Shown: positions 37,128-46,297 of the stretch, piece by piece
Layout of the letters: the number at the start of each line of letters is the position of its first letter
How positions within the stretch are numbered: position 1 is the first letter of the stretch
Source of the DNA: Gammaproteobacteria bacterium
Lineage (GTDB): Bacteria > Pseudomonadota > Gammaproteobacteria > Steroidobacterales > MnTg04
DNA: 46,479 nt
Assembly (NCBI GenBank): GCA_027292775.1
Contig: JAPUGL010000073.1
Coordinates: 1-46,479 of the forward strand
Reading direction: 5' to 3'
Notes under the pieces: model-generated
Told to the model about the DNA's origin: nothing
Seen by the model: the letters and a program-made list of their open reading frames with translations, nothing else
Database searches by the model: none
Translations under genes and position numbers: made by a program

Positions 37128-37808
37128 TCAGACGACACCCACCGATGGCAGTGCGCTCGCCGGCCTGCTTTTCTCCCAGCTAAGTATCGACTTCCATTGT
37201 TCCACGTCTTGGCGAACATGATGCGGTTTCATTTCATGAATTCCGATGCCTTGTTCGGAACAGCGAACATAGGCCTGCGAATCCCGCAATATGCCGACGA
37301 TAGGAATGCGCAAATTCCCTAAAAATCGCATCAGCGACTGGTAAATCAAGGTATTGCTTTTCACGCGGTTGGCCAGCACGCCAATGCGGCCATCGCTGCG
37401 CCTGATGCGCGCGATCAGTAACAGGTTCGAAATCAGGGCGGTTGCCGCATGGATATCGATATCCGATGGCAGCACGGGGATCAGGATCGCCTGTGCGCCG
37501 CGGGTGATATCGGGCAGCGCTTGTGGATCGATCGCCGCTGGCGTGTCGACAACGACGCGCCGGGATTCCGGGGGCACGCGCATCTGCCAGCTCCGGGTCA
37601 CCCGCATTTGATTCTCGTAGGCCGCTACTCCGTGAATGACCGGAAGATCGGCAAATCGCTTGTCGAGCCAGTGCATGCTCGAGCCCTGCCGGTCCATATC
37701 CATCAGTGTCGGCTCCATGCCCTGTGTCGAAAAATAGGCCGCCAGGTTGGTGGCAATCGTGGTTTTTCCGGATCCTCCCTTTGGATTCAGCACGACGATC
37801 TTTTTCAT
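37128..37808 (-). CDS. ParA/MinD-superfamily P-loop ATPase (orphan ParA-like)
   Basis: MKKIVVLNPKGGSGKTTIATNLA carries the deviant Walker A with signature lysine. DMDRQGS (Walker A') and VVVDTPA (Walker B) are present. About 226 aa. I see no ParB-like partner. Confidence 0.85.
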   Translation of the reverse strand: MKKIVVLNPKGGSGKTTIATNLAAYFSTQGMEPTLMDMDRQGSSMHWLDKRFADLPVIHGVAAYENQMRVTRSWQMRVPPESRRVVVDTPAAIDPQALPDITRGAQAILIPVLPSDIDIHAATALISNLLLIARIRRSDGRIGVLANRVKSNTLIYQSLMRFLGNLRIPIVGILRDSQAYVRCSEQGIGIHEMKPHHVRQDVEQWKSILSWEKSRPASALPSVGVV

Positions 37809-37970
37809 GACCAGACCATACGCCAGATTTTGATTCGGCAACAGAGGTTCTCTGCATTATGTACAGCGGAGGCCGACTGATCTTGATTCTTTGTGAACTG
37901 CAACACAGTGAATTTCGATGCGCTTTTCTAAAGTTGGTACCAGAAGCTGGAAAACCGGAGCGAAACTGAA

Positions 37971-38141
37971 ATGAGCAAGCAGTCCGAAAACCGACGGGAT
38001 CAACAGCCGTTGAAAATGGACAGGAATTACTGGGTTGCCAATGCGATAGCTGCAGCGACACGTGCGCTTGAGCGTGAGCATGGCAAGGGGCGCAACGGAC
38101 TGGGTATTGTCGATAGCCCTGACCGATCGCAGTTTGTCTGA
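37971..38141 (+). CDS. Hypothetical 56-aa hydrophilic protein (below the ORF-track cutoff)
   Basis: ATG with GGAG 10 nt upstream. Product MSKQSENRRDQQPLKMDRNYWVANAIAAATRALEREHGKGRNGLGIVDSPDRSQFV. By eye, third-position G+C is somewhat higher than in the antisense 114-aa ORF. Weak call. Confidence 0.3.
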   Translation: MSKQSENRRDQQPLKMDRNYWVANAIAAATRALEREHGKGRNGLGIVDSPDRSQFV

Positions 38142-38199
38142 AGGCCCGCGAAGCCGCGGAGCTGAAAATGCCTGGCCGATAAGGGACAAAGGAGTAGAC

Positions 38200-38343
38200 A
38201 TGGAAGTGCTTATTCAATGCCTGGATGAAATCGAGGACCTGGTGGTCGGGTTTGCACTTTGGGTTGGTACCTGGCCCAGGATGGCGGTCGTTGGCGGTCT
38301 GGCAATCTATTTCGCGGGCGTGTCATTCCTTATGTTTGCCTGA
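38200..38343 (+). CDS. Hypothetical 47-aa membrane protein
   Basis: The ATG at 38200 is preceded by AAAGGAG at optimal spacing. Product MEVLIQCLDEIEDLVVGFALWVGTWPRMAVVGGLAIYFAGVSFLMFA has an acidic N-terminus followed by a TM hairpin. Confidence 0.45.
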   Translation: MEVLIQCLDEIEDLVVGFALWVGTWPRMAVVGGLAIYFAGVSFLMFA

Positions 38344-38646
38344 GCGGCGCCCGGCCGGTGAGACCTGCGTCACATCTCGTAATTCCACAAGAAGATATTA
38401 TTCAGTTTGGCTTTGATACTAACGGTATAGATCGTGCGGAAACGGTCCGACACAGGCAGGCACAGTTATCGCGGAGACCTTGTAGGTCAGGAAGTCGCAG
38501 GTTCCCGGACGAAGAAGCCGCAGTCGAAATCCGATCGCGATGCCGCGGAACAGGCGCAGATCAACGATTCCGCGATAAACGAGATTACGGGCGATCCTTA
38601 CCCGGCCGGTCTGCTCAGAAAGCAGCGACCGGAATAAGCCGCAGAC

Positions 38647-39474
38647 CTATTCGGTATCCGCATCGCGCGGCGGCTTTGTCAACGATCGAAGAAACTCCAC
38701 AAGACCCAGTTTTTTGCCGAGAGTGGCTGCAGCGACTGGGCTAATGCTCTTCAGGGTCATCAGCGGCCGCACCGGCATGCTGTTAACCAGGATTTCAGGC
38801 TTGTCCGAATGAAGCGCTTTCAAGACGGCCTCCGCGACCTGCTCGGGCGTGCAACTGCCGATACTCGCTGGCGCATCGCGCTCCTTGCGGGCAAACATCC
38901 CCGCGTCGGTGACAAACCCCGGGCAAATCGTGGTTACTTTTACGCCGGTATCCTGCAATTCCATCCACAATGACAGTCCCCATTCAGACAGCGCGGCCTT
39001 GGTTCCCGAATAGGTACTGCCGAAGGGCATCCCCAGCCGGCCTGCCATCGATGCGATGCTGATGATATGCCCGTCACCTCTTTCAAGCATCGCCGGTAGC
39101 AAAATACGAGTCAGCAGAAACGGCGCCATCACGTTTGTCAGCACGGCCGCCTGGATCTGATCCGGCTCATGCCGCTGATAAGGGACCACTTCCTCGAGGC
39201 CGGCATTGTTGATCAGGATATCTATCCGGCCCAGTGCGCTTACGGCGTTATCGGCGAGACCTCGAAGTTCGTCCATCCGGGTCAGATCGGCAGTCGCGGT
39301 TTCGATTCGGACCGGCTCTGACCGGAGATCTTCCGACAAATCCTGAAGCCGGTCCGCTCGTCGGCCGCTCAGCAGCAAATTAATCCCATTTGCCGCCAGC
39401 GATCTGGCGATATGGGGCCCGATGCCTCCGGTCGCACCGGTTAACAACGCGTTTTTCCCGCTCAGCTGACTCAT
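38647..39474 (-). CDS. SDR-family oxidoreductase
   Basis: TGATGGIG, NNAG and YSGTKAAL (YxxxK). The ATG at 39474 has GGGAG upstream. Confidence 0.85.
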   Translation of the reverse strand: MSQLSGKNALLTGATGGIGPHIARSLAANGINLLLSGRRADRLQDLSEDLRSEPVRIETATADLTRMDELRGLADNAVSALGRIDILINNAGLEEVVPYQRHEPDQIQAAVLTNVMAPFLLTRILLPAMLERGDGHIISIASMAGRLGMPFGSTYSGTKAALSEWGLSLWMELQDTGVKVTTICPGFVTDAGMFARKERDAPASIGSCTPEQVAEAVLKALHSDKPEILVNSMPVRPLMTLKSISPVAAATLGKKLGLVEFLRSLTKPPRDADTE

Positions 39475-39545
39475 GCTGACTCCCGTTCGATTGTATTGGG
39501 TCACCCGCGGGTTACAGTGTAGTATTTGTATGCACAGAGAGGGCG

Positions 39546-39962
39546 ATGGTGAGCAAAAAAAATTCGCAAGCAGGGAAGAGTGATAGGAAGACGGTCGATC
39601 TGGATCAACTGCAATACCGGGTAACCCAGGAGAAGGTCACGGAGGCTCCGTTTTCCGGCAAGTTTTTGTATAACGAAGCAGAGGGAAATTATGCTTGCGT
39701 GGCTTGTGGGAATCCTCTTTTCAGCTCGCAGACCAAGTATGATTCCGGGTCGGGCTGGCCAAGTTTCTGGTCATCGCTGACAGAAGGAAACGTTAAGACG
39801 AGCACGGACAACAGCCATGGTATGTCACGTACCGAGGTAAGTTGTGCTGATTGCGGTGCGCACCTTGGCCATGTCTTTGACGATGGCCCGCAGCCCAGCG
39901 GGAAACGATTCTGTATCAATTCAGCCGCATTGAACTTTGCGTCCCAGGATGAATCCCGATAG
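39546..39962 (+). CDS. msrB: Peptide-methionine (R)-S-oxide reductase
   Basis: CVACGNPLF...SGWPSFW...CADCGAHLGHVFDDGP...RFCINS. Both CxxC zinc motifs and the catalytic Cys context are present. Confidence 0.95.
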   Translation: MVSKKNSQAGKSDRKTVDLDQLQYRVTQEKVTEAPFSGKFLYNEAEGNYACVACGNPLFSSQTKYDSGSGWPSFWSSLTEGNVKTSTDNSHGMSRTEVSCADCGAHLGHVFDDGPQPSGKRFCINSAALNFASQDESR

Positions 39963-40079
39963 CTGGATACCTCGTACAGGCGTTGCGCGACGGCAATACT
40001 TTGCACATGGCAGAACCAGTTGCGGCGAGATATGTCCGACATTTGCCGGCGCCGATGCGCCGATCAGAAAGGAAAATCA

Positions 40080-40595
40080 ATGACACGCAAAACAATATTG
40101 ACGATGTCCGTACTTCTGGCCGCCTGCGGATCACCAATGGCGCAAGATGAAGAGGCGGCGACCGCACAGCAAGAGCCGGCGCAGCCGGAACGGGAACCAT
40201 CGATTGTTGAATCGGAGGAGGTCCGGATGGAGTTGGTGGAGCTGGAAAATGGCCTGAAATACCTGCTTCTGGCCGGAGGTGAAGGAGAAGCGATCGAGGA
40301 CGGACAGAGCGCAATGGTGCATTACACCGGCTGGCTGTATGACGAGGCCCTGCCAGAGGGCAAAGGGGAGAAATTCGACAGTTCCCGTGACCGTGGCCAG
40401 CCATTCAGTTTTCCGCTGGGCGCAGGCCAGGTCATCCAGGGTTGGGACCAGGGTGTGGCAGGCATGAAGGTTGGCGAGCGCCGCATGCTGATTATCCCGG
40501 CCGGCCTCGGCTACGGTAGCCGTGGCGCCGGTGGTGGCGCCATTCCGCCGGACGCGGTCTTGCTGTTCGATGTTGAATTGCTCGGAATACGTTGA
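40080..40595 (+). CDS. FKBP-type peptidyl-prolyl cis-trans isomerase lipoprotein
   Basis: Lipobox LLAACG. FKBP core VHYTGWL...[49 protein letters not shown]...[14 protein letters not shown]. The ATG at 40080 has AAGGAAA upstream. Confidence 0.9.
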   Translation: MTRKTILTMSVLLAACGSPMAQDEEAATAQQEPAQPEREPSIVESEEVRMELVELENGLKYLLLAGGEGEAIEDGQSAMVHYTGWLYDEALPEGKGEKFDSSRDRGQPFSFPLGAGQVIQGWDQGVAGMKVGERRMLIIPAGLGYGSRGAGGGAIPPDAVLLFDVELLGIR

Positions 40596-41119
40596 TAGCG
40601 GCTCGCTGGATAATGACCGCCTTGCTCATCGGAGGGTCGTCCGATGCGGCTGCCGATCCGGTAAATAACGATATGGAGGCGCCGATAAAAAATTACCACG
40701 TGATTTCAGAACGGCTGGGTACCGGCGGTACCCTGTCTGCCGACGCAGTAGGTTGGCTGGCGGTGGATGGCTACCAGATGATCATTGACCTCCGGGATGA
40801 ATTCGACGAGATCGAGGCAAACGCGGCGCTGGCCGAGGGCACGATCTATGTTCACATACCAGTCAGCTGGCACGCGCCGTCGGATGATGAACTCGAAGCA
40901 TTTCTTCTGGTGATGGCCGCCAACCCCGAGAAAAAAATCCTGGTGCATTGCTCCGCCAATTACCGCGCTTCGGCAATGACCTATCTGTACCATGTTCTTG
41001 AACTTCACACGGACCCGGAAGAGGCTATGGCCGATGTCCGAGCGATCTGGGAGCCGAACGAAACCTGGCAGCGTTTTATTGTGAGGTCGATCGACAGGCG
41101 AGAATCAGTAACAGAATAA
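40592..41119 (+). CDS. Secreted Cys-based phosphatase-like protein (PTP/DSP superfamily, DUF442-like)
   Basis: The TTG start overlaps the FKBP stop. Possible signal peptide. P-loop-like [10 protein letters not shown] (HC-x4-R-S). 175 aa. Confidence 0.5.
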   Translation: MIAARWIMTALLIGGSSDAAADPVNNDMEAPIKNYHVISERLGTGGTLSADAVGWLAVDGYQMIIDLRDEFDEIEANAALAEGTIYVHIPVSWHAPSDDELEAFLLVMAANPEKKILVHCSANYRASAMTYLYHVLELHTDPEEAMADVRAIWEPNETWQRFIVRSIDRRESVTE

Positions 41120-41135
41120 TCGAAGGGACGGGGAC

Positions 41136-42446
41136 ATGGCTGGAAAAATTATTGGATGGGCGGCCGGCGCTTTGCTCGCAATGCTGGCCCAGTCTGTTGG
41201 CGCGAGAACATTGATACATGCTGGTCACCTGATCGATGGCGTTTCGGACAAAAGTCGTTCCACGATAACCATCGTTATCGATGGTGAAAGGATCACCGGA
41301 ATCGAGGACGGATTTCTGAAGCCCGATGAAGGCGATACGCTGATCGACCTGTCGACACAAACGGTGCTGCCTGGGCTGATGGATATGCACACCCATCTGG
41401 ACCACCAGAATAATTCCCGCAGTTACCTGGAGCGATTCACGCTGAATGGCGCGGATTATGCGCTGATGGCGGCGCATTACGCGAAAGTTACCCTGTATGC
41501 CGGGTTTACGACGGTTCGTGATCTGGGCGGCCGGTACAACGCCGCCATAGCATTACGAAAAGCGATCGAGCGTGGCGAAGCAACCGGGCCCAGAATATTC
41601 AGTGCAGGAAAATCGATTGCCACGACCGGCGGTCATGGGGACCCGACCAATAACTGGGCGGAGATTCTCGGGGGAGACCCGGGCCCGACAGATGGAGTGG
41701 TCGATGGACCGGCAGAGGCGTCCCAGGCAGTCAGGCAAAGGTACAAGGATGGCGCCGATCTGATAAAGATTACCGCCACAGGTGGCATATTGAGTCCTGC
41801 AGCAAGTGGACAGAATCCACAGTTTCAGCAGGAGGAACTTAATGCGCTGATAGCGACAGCGAGGGATTACGGTTTTCATGTCGCCGCGCATGCACACGGT
41901 GCCGAGGGAATGAAGAGAGCGATACGTGCCGGGGTCAGAAGCATCGAGCACGGCACCTTTATGGATGACGAAACCATGGCCCTGATGAAAAAACACGGCA
42001 CTTATTTTGTGCCGACGATTTCTGCCGGAAAATTCGTCGCCGAGAAAGCTGCGGAGCCTGGTTATTTTCCCGAAATAGTCAGGGCCAAGGCGGCGGCGAT
42101 CGGCCCGATTGCCCAAACGACATTCGCGAGTGCGTACGAGAAAGGAGTGACCATTGCTTTCGGCACAGACAGCGGTGTCGGTCCCCATGGCTCGAATGCC
42201 AAGGAATTCGTTTACATGGTCGAAGGGGGTATGCCAGCGATGGAAGCGATCATGTCCGCTACCTCGGTCGCAGCCGGGTTGCTCGAGCAGACGGATAACC
42301 TGGGGTCGATTCGCCCGGGAAGGTATGCCGATATCATTGCGGTGATCGAAGACCCGCTGAAAGAAATTTCGGCGTTGCAGGAAGTCAGTTTCGTCATGAA
42401 AGGCGGTGTCGTCGTCAAGGACGAGATTCACAGGGGGAAACAGTAG
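41136..42446 (+). CDS. Secreted metal-dependent amidohydrolase-family protein
   Basis: Signal peptide. GLMDMHTHL (HxH metal motif), then AHAHG and IEHG motifs, and FGTDSG (Asp). Confidence 0.85.
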   Translation: MAGKIIGWAAGALLAMLAQSVGARTLIHAGHLIDGVSDKSRSTITIVIDGERITGIEDGFLKPDEGDTLIDLSTQTVLPGLMDMHTHLDHQNNSRSYLERFTLNGADYALMAAHYAKVTLYAGFTTVRDLGGRYNAAIALRKAIERGEATGPRIFSAGKSIATTGGHGDPTNNWAEILGGDPGPTDGVVDGPAEASQAVRQRYKDGADLIKITATGGILSPAASGQNPQFQQEELNALIATARDYGFHVAAHAHGAEGMKRAIRAGVRSIEHGTFMDDETMALMKKHGTYFVPTISAGKFVAEKAAEPGYFPEIVRAKAAAIGPIAQTTFASAYEKGVTIAFGTDSGVGPHGSNAKEFVYMVEGGMPAMEAIMSATSVAAGLLEQTDNLGSIRPGRYADIIAVIEDPLKEISALQEVSFVMKGGVVVKDEIHRGKQ

Positions 42447-42915
42447 GAAATTGGTCAAGAGGTACAGAATTCTCGGATCATTTCTGGCCGCGATTGTTGT
42501 GGTCTCGTTCTTGATGACCGCGGCCCTCAGGATTTACGGTCTGTTTGATGAACCTGAAGAAGACGGCCTCGTAGCGCATCCGGTCGAGTTGCTTGACGAA
42601 TTCCAGCGAGCGGAGCTCGCCGCTGAACTGGGTGAAGATCGTCCGCCGCCAGATCCGGAAGAAGTACAAAGGCTGGAGCTGCCCGGCCTGACCACAAGAA
42701 GCCAGCTTAGAGGTTTTGTCGAGCTGGAAGTAATGGTTGGCGACGATGGCAGCGTCGACCAGGTCAAGGTTCTAAACGCATTTCCGAGAGGGGTTTACGA
42801 ACAGCAGGCCATTGAGGAGGTGAGCAAGCGGCAATTCGAACCGGCCGTGCCTGGATCCGCAGCGGAGACACGCATTGAAATCGTAGAATTCAGCGTAGTG
42901 GAAGATACGGGCTAG
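42406..42915 (+). CDS. Short TonB-family protein (TM anchor plus TonB_C domain)
   Basis: TM helix [20 protein letters not shown], a short acidic/Pro linker ([10 protein letters not shown]), and C-terminus [44 protein letters not shown]. The start is uncertain: GTG at 42406 overlaps the previous gene, with an alternative TTG at 42451. Confidence 0.65.
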   Translation: MSSSRTRFTGGNSRKLVKRYRILGSFLAAIVVVSFLMTAALRIYGLFDEPEEDGLVAHPVELLDEFQRAELAAELGEDRPPPDPEEVQRLELPGLTTRSQLRGFVELEVMVGDDGSVDQVKVLNAFPRGVYEQQAIEEVSKRQFEPAVPGSAAETRIEIVEFSVVEDTG

Positions 42916-42921
42916 CCGGTA

Positions 42922-43551
42922 TCAGCCGGCAAGCCTGGGATTCAACGTATACAGGCCGATTACACGGGCTTCGCCGAGTATATGATCCTGCAGGGCCTCG
43001 AATACATCGCTGCCGCTAAACTCTCCGTCCACTGCGCATCGTTCAAGGTCTGTTGCATACAGAACAAAATGATAGTGGTGGACCAGGCTGTCGTTCCACG
43101 GCGGACACGGGCCATCGTAACCGAAATAATTGCCCGCCATTTTCTCGTCGCCGGCAAACCAGCCCGTATAATCATTAATGCCCTGGCGCGAACCATCCGG
43201 GCCAGCCGGTTGTTGCTTGCCACCTGCCGAAACACCGTCTGAACAAGATCCACCCGCGATGCCGCTGACCGATGGCGGGATATCCACCATCACCCAGTGG
43301 TAAAAATCCGCGCGCGGCAGATCCGGGGGTATTTCTCTCCCTTCCTGGTTGACATCATCGGCTTTGGTTGGCACATCCACATCGACGCACAACAGCACCA
43401 GCGAACGGGTACCGGCCGGAAGTGCATTCCATTGCAGAGTCGGGTTGCGGTTGGCGCTGAGCCTTACATGCTCTTTCGCATCGATGATGCCAAAGGCGAG
43501 ATCGCCGGGAATAGTGTGCTGGTTCTCAAATTCTTCAATTCGCAGGTACAT
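42922..43551 (-). CDS. YbhB/YbcL-family Raf-kinase-inhibitor-like protein (PEBP)
   Basis: LVLLCVDVDVP...FYHWVMVDIP...GYDGPCPP...HHYHFVLYATD are characteristic of bacterial PEBP. Confidence 0.88.
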   Translation of the reverse strand: MYLRIEEFENQHTIPGDLAFGIIDAKEHVRLSANRNPTLQWNALPAGTRSLVLLCVDVDVPTKADDVNQEGREIPPDLPRADFYHWVMVDIPPSVSGIAGGSCSDGVSAGGKQQPAGPDGSRQGINDYTGWFAGDEKMAGNYFGYDGPCPPWNDSLVHHYHFVLYATDLERCAVDGEFSGSDVFEALQDHILGEARVIGLYTLNPRLAG

Positions 43552-43595
43552 GAGTTTTCCCCTCGGGCTGCCTGCCCGGATACCGACGGTTGCTT

Positions 43596-44813
43596 TCAGG
43601 ATGCCTTGGCGACCTGATCCATATCCGCGAGAACATCCCTGACTTGATCGCCTGCCCAGGAGAGCTGTTCGCGGGTTACGATCAGCGGCGGCGCGAACCG
43701 GACGACGGTTTCGTGCGTTTCTTTGCTCAAAAGACCCTTTTTCATCAGTCGCTCACAGACTTCTCTGGCAGCCGCCAGCGCCGGGTTTATTTCCATGCCT
43801 ATGAACAGCCCCTTGCCGCGCAGATCGCTGACCAGCGGGCTCTTGATGGTTCGCAACAGACCGAGGAAGTATTCGCCCATCTCCCGGCTTCGCTCGACCA
43901 GGTTTTCTTCGATCAGTATGTCGAGAGCTTCAAGACCCACTGCGGCGGCCAGCGCATTGCCGCCGAAAGTGCTGCCATGCGTGCCGGGTTGAAAAACTTC
44001 CATGACTTCACGTTTGGCCAGAAACAGGGATACTGGCAGGATTCCGCCGCCCAGTGCCTTGCCCAGTATCAAGCCATCGGGTTTGACATCGTCGTACTCG
44101 CAGGCAAGCAGTTTGCCGGTACGACCGAGACCGGTCTGCACCTCGTCGCAAATCAGCAGTACATTGTGTTTGCGGCAGATTTCGGCACATTTTCGCAGAT
44201 AACCGTCCGGCGGAATATTTATGCCGCCTTCGCCCTGGATCGGCTCGACCAGAAAGGCGGCCGTATTATCGTTGATTGCCGCTTCCAGCGCTGCCGGGTC
44301 GCCATAAGCGATGGTTTTCATGCCGCCGGGGAACGGACCAAATCCCTTTTGATACTCCGGCTCGGCTGACAGGCTGACGATAGCAATGCTACGCCCATGA
44401 AAATTGCCTTCGCACGAGATAATTTCGGCCCGGTCCCGGGCTACGCCCTTTACCTCATATGCCCACTTGCGCGCCGCCTTGAGCGCCGTCTCGACGGCTT
44501 CTGACCCGGTATTCATCGGCAGGGCCATGTCCTGGCCCGTCAGCTCACAGGCGCGCCTTAGAAAATGAACCAGCTTGTCAGTATGAAATGCCCTGGAAAC
44601 TATACTCAGTGTCGCTGCCTGCTCACTGAGAACTTTTACCAGCCGCGGGTTGGCGTGTCCGTGACTGACCGCCGAGTAGGCGCTCATCATGTCCAGGTAT
44701 TTGTTGCCGTGATCATCCCAGACGTGGACTCCCTCGCCACGAACCAGTACTACCGGCAGCGGGTGGTAATTGTGTGCACAGTACTGGCTTTCGAGTTCGA
44801 TCGTTGGATTCAT
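43596..44813 (-). CDS. rocD: Ornithine--oxo-acid aminotransferase
   Basis: ELESQYCAHNYHPLPVVLVRGEGVHVWDDHGNKYLDMMSAYSAVSHGH, NTGSEAVE, and DEVQTGLGRTGK (PLP Lys region). The ATG at 44813 is preceded by GGAGG. The track ORF extends in frame to 45128. Confidence 0.9.
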   Translation of the reverse strand: MNPTIELESQYCAHNYHPLPVVLVRGEGVHVWDDHGNKYLDMMSAYSAVSHGHANPRLVKVLSEQAATLSIVSRAFHTDKLVHFLRRACELTGQDMALPMNTGSEAVETALKAARKWAYEVKGVARDRAEIISCEGNFHGRSIAIVSLSAEPEYQKGFGPFPGGMKTIAYGDPAALEAAINDNTAAFLVEPIQGEGGINIPPDGYLRKCAEICRKHNVLLICDEVQTGLGRTGKLLACEYDDVKPDGLILGKALGGGILPVSLFLAKREVMEVFQPGTHGSTFGGNALAAAVGLEALDILIEENLVERSREMGEYFLGLLRTIKSPLVSDLRGKGLFIGMEINPALAAAREVCERLMKKGLLSKETHETVVRFAPPLIVTREQLSWAGDQVRDVLADMDQVAKAS

Positions 44814-45111
44814 TTCCTGCCTCCGGTAATCAGTGAACAAGCCGGCGAAGGCATGCCAGGCAATCAATACTAGGGTATACACGACCGTCATATCCAGCCA
44901 TCCGGTCGGCGCCGGGCGTGCAGGGCGTGCCGGGCACGGGACGGCGTGTAATACTTGCCGGGCATGATTTGCCGGGAGTTCAGCTTGCACGAAACGAACC
45001 TTCTTATTTCGCCCGATTCCGATCCGGAACCACAGGCCGGAGATACAGTAATCTGTTATAGGCCGGAGCGGACGCCGGATCCCAAGGCGGAACAGCAGGA
45101 GGCAGCGAATA

Positions 45112-45753
45112 ATGATTCGGCTCCCCAAAGCTGAGCGAATTATCGTGTCGGGTCCGGTCGGTGGCCTGGAATCGATATTGCAAGTCCCCGAGATGCAGAT
45201 CGAAAAAATCGCCGTTGTTTGTCACCCGCATCCTTTGTATCACGGCACCATGAATAACAAAGTCGTGCATACATTGGCACGGACATTTCAGCGCATGGGC
45301 GCCGCCTGTCTGCGATTCAATTTTCGTGGCGTTGGCGCCAGCGCTGGTTCATATGACGAAGGCAGGGGTGAAACTCAGGATGCGCTGGCGGCAACGGTAT
45401 TCATGCGAGACCGTTTTCCAAAGGCGAACTTGTGGATGGCGGGATTTTCCTTTGGTGGGGCAGTCGCCCTGCGAGCCGCCAGGCTGGCATCGGCCGACCT
45501 GCTGGTTACTGTTGCGCCGGCGCTGCACAAGCTGGAAGCAGGAAAGACGACGATTCCCGATTGCCCGTGGCTGCTAATCCACGGCGATCAGGACACGACG
45601 GTCAGTTGCCGGGGAAACCTCGAATGGGTGAGCCAACTGGATCGTCCACCCGAGGTTTACGTTGCCAGTGGAGTCGATCATTTTTTTCATGGCAAACTGA
45701 ATCTTCTTCGCGATGTGGTAATCGAGAAACTGGAAAACATGGCCGTGGTCTAA
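45112..45753 (+). CDS. Alpha/beta-fold hydrolase (COG2945-like)
   Basis: CHPHPLYHGTMNNKVV, nucleophile elbow GFSFGG, and a C-terminal DHFF(H). 213 aa. Confidence 0.8.
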   Translation: MIRLPKAERIIVSGPVGGLESILQVPEMQIEKIAVVCHPHPLYHGTMNNKVVHTLARTFQRMGAACLRFNFRGVGASAGSYDEGRGETQDALAATVFMRDRFPKANLWMAGFSFGGAVALRAARLASADLLVTVAPALHKLEAGKTTIPDCPWLLIHGDQDTTVSCRGNLEWVSQLDRPPEVYVASGVDHFFHGKLNLLRDVVIEKLENMAVV

Positions 45754-45786
45754 ACCAGGCAAGCGTCACAAAAGGAACAGCCGAGC

Positions 45787-46251
45787 ATGCTGAAATCAGT
45801 CTTTGTCGCAATACAAAAACAGTTTGCCGATACCGGTGACGATCAGGACGCGAACCACGAGAATGCGTTGCGGCTGGCGACAGCGGCTCTGCTTGTGGAG
45901 ATGGGCCGGGCCGATCATTACGGCGATGGCGATGAGTCGACCTTGATACTCGAGTTGCTGCGCGAAAATTTTGAAATGGAATCCGAAGACGTCGGGGCGC
46001 TCTATGAGTTTGCCACCGAGAAGGCCGATCAAGTCGTTTCCCTGCATGAACTGACCAGCCTGCTGCATCGTTCGCTCAACGATGAGGAGCGCGGCAGACT
46101 ACTGGAGATGATGTGGCGGGTAGCCTATGCCGACAAGCGCCTGGATCCGCTGGAAGACTCGTTGGTGAGGAAAGTGGCCGACTTGCTGTATGTTCGAAAT
46201 ACCAGCCTGATGAAAATTCGTGATCGGGTTCTGTCGAATATCGACCAGTAA
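45787..46251 (+). CDS. TerB-family (tellurite-resistance-like) protein
   Basis: AAALLVEMGRADH...ERGRLLEMMWRVAYADKRLDPLEDSLVRKVADLLYV is typical of TerB/COG4103 proteins. Confidence 0.75.
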   Translation: MLKSVFVAIQKQFADTGDDQDANHENALRLATAALLVEMGRADHYGDGDESTLILELLRENFEMESEDVGALYEFATEKADQVVSLHELTSLLHRSLNDEERGRLLEMMWRVAYADKRLDPLEDSLVRKVADLLYVRNTSLMKIRDRVLSNIDQ

Positions 46252-46297
46252 ATCACCGCTTGCGGTCAGCCCGAGCCATCCATGGTAACTGCCCCGC

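Noticed and set aside
37234-38217. 327-aa ORF on the minus strand spanning the ParA gene and its upstream region
   Set aside because: It overlaps the ParA-like CDS in a different frame. The product is Arg/Ser/His/Cys-rich with no domain features. The ParA frame has unambiguous Walker motifs.
38434-38637. 67-aa GTG-initiated ORF in the gap between the small membrane ORF and the SDR gene
   Set aside because: It has no Shine-Dalgarno sequence, a non-ATG start and a hydrophilic low-complexity product. The competing 161-aa frame (38259-38744) is Arg-rich junk. I left the region unannotated rather than call a gene.
44813-45128. Track ORF giving a 510-aa ornithine aminotransferase
   Set aside because: The first roughly 105 codons are Arg/Pro-rich with no aminotransferase similarity. 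A strong GGAGG RBS precedes the internal ATG at 44813, which yields a normal 405-aa enzyme.
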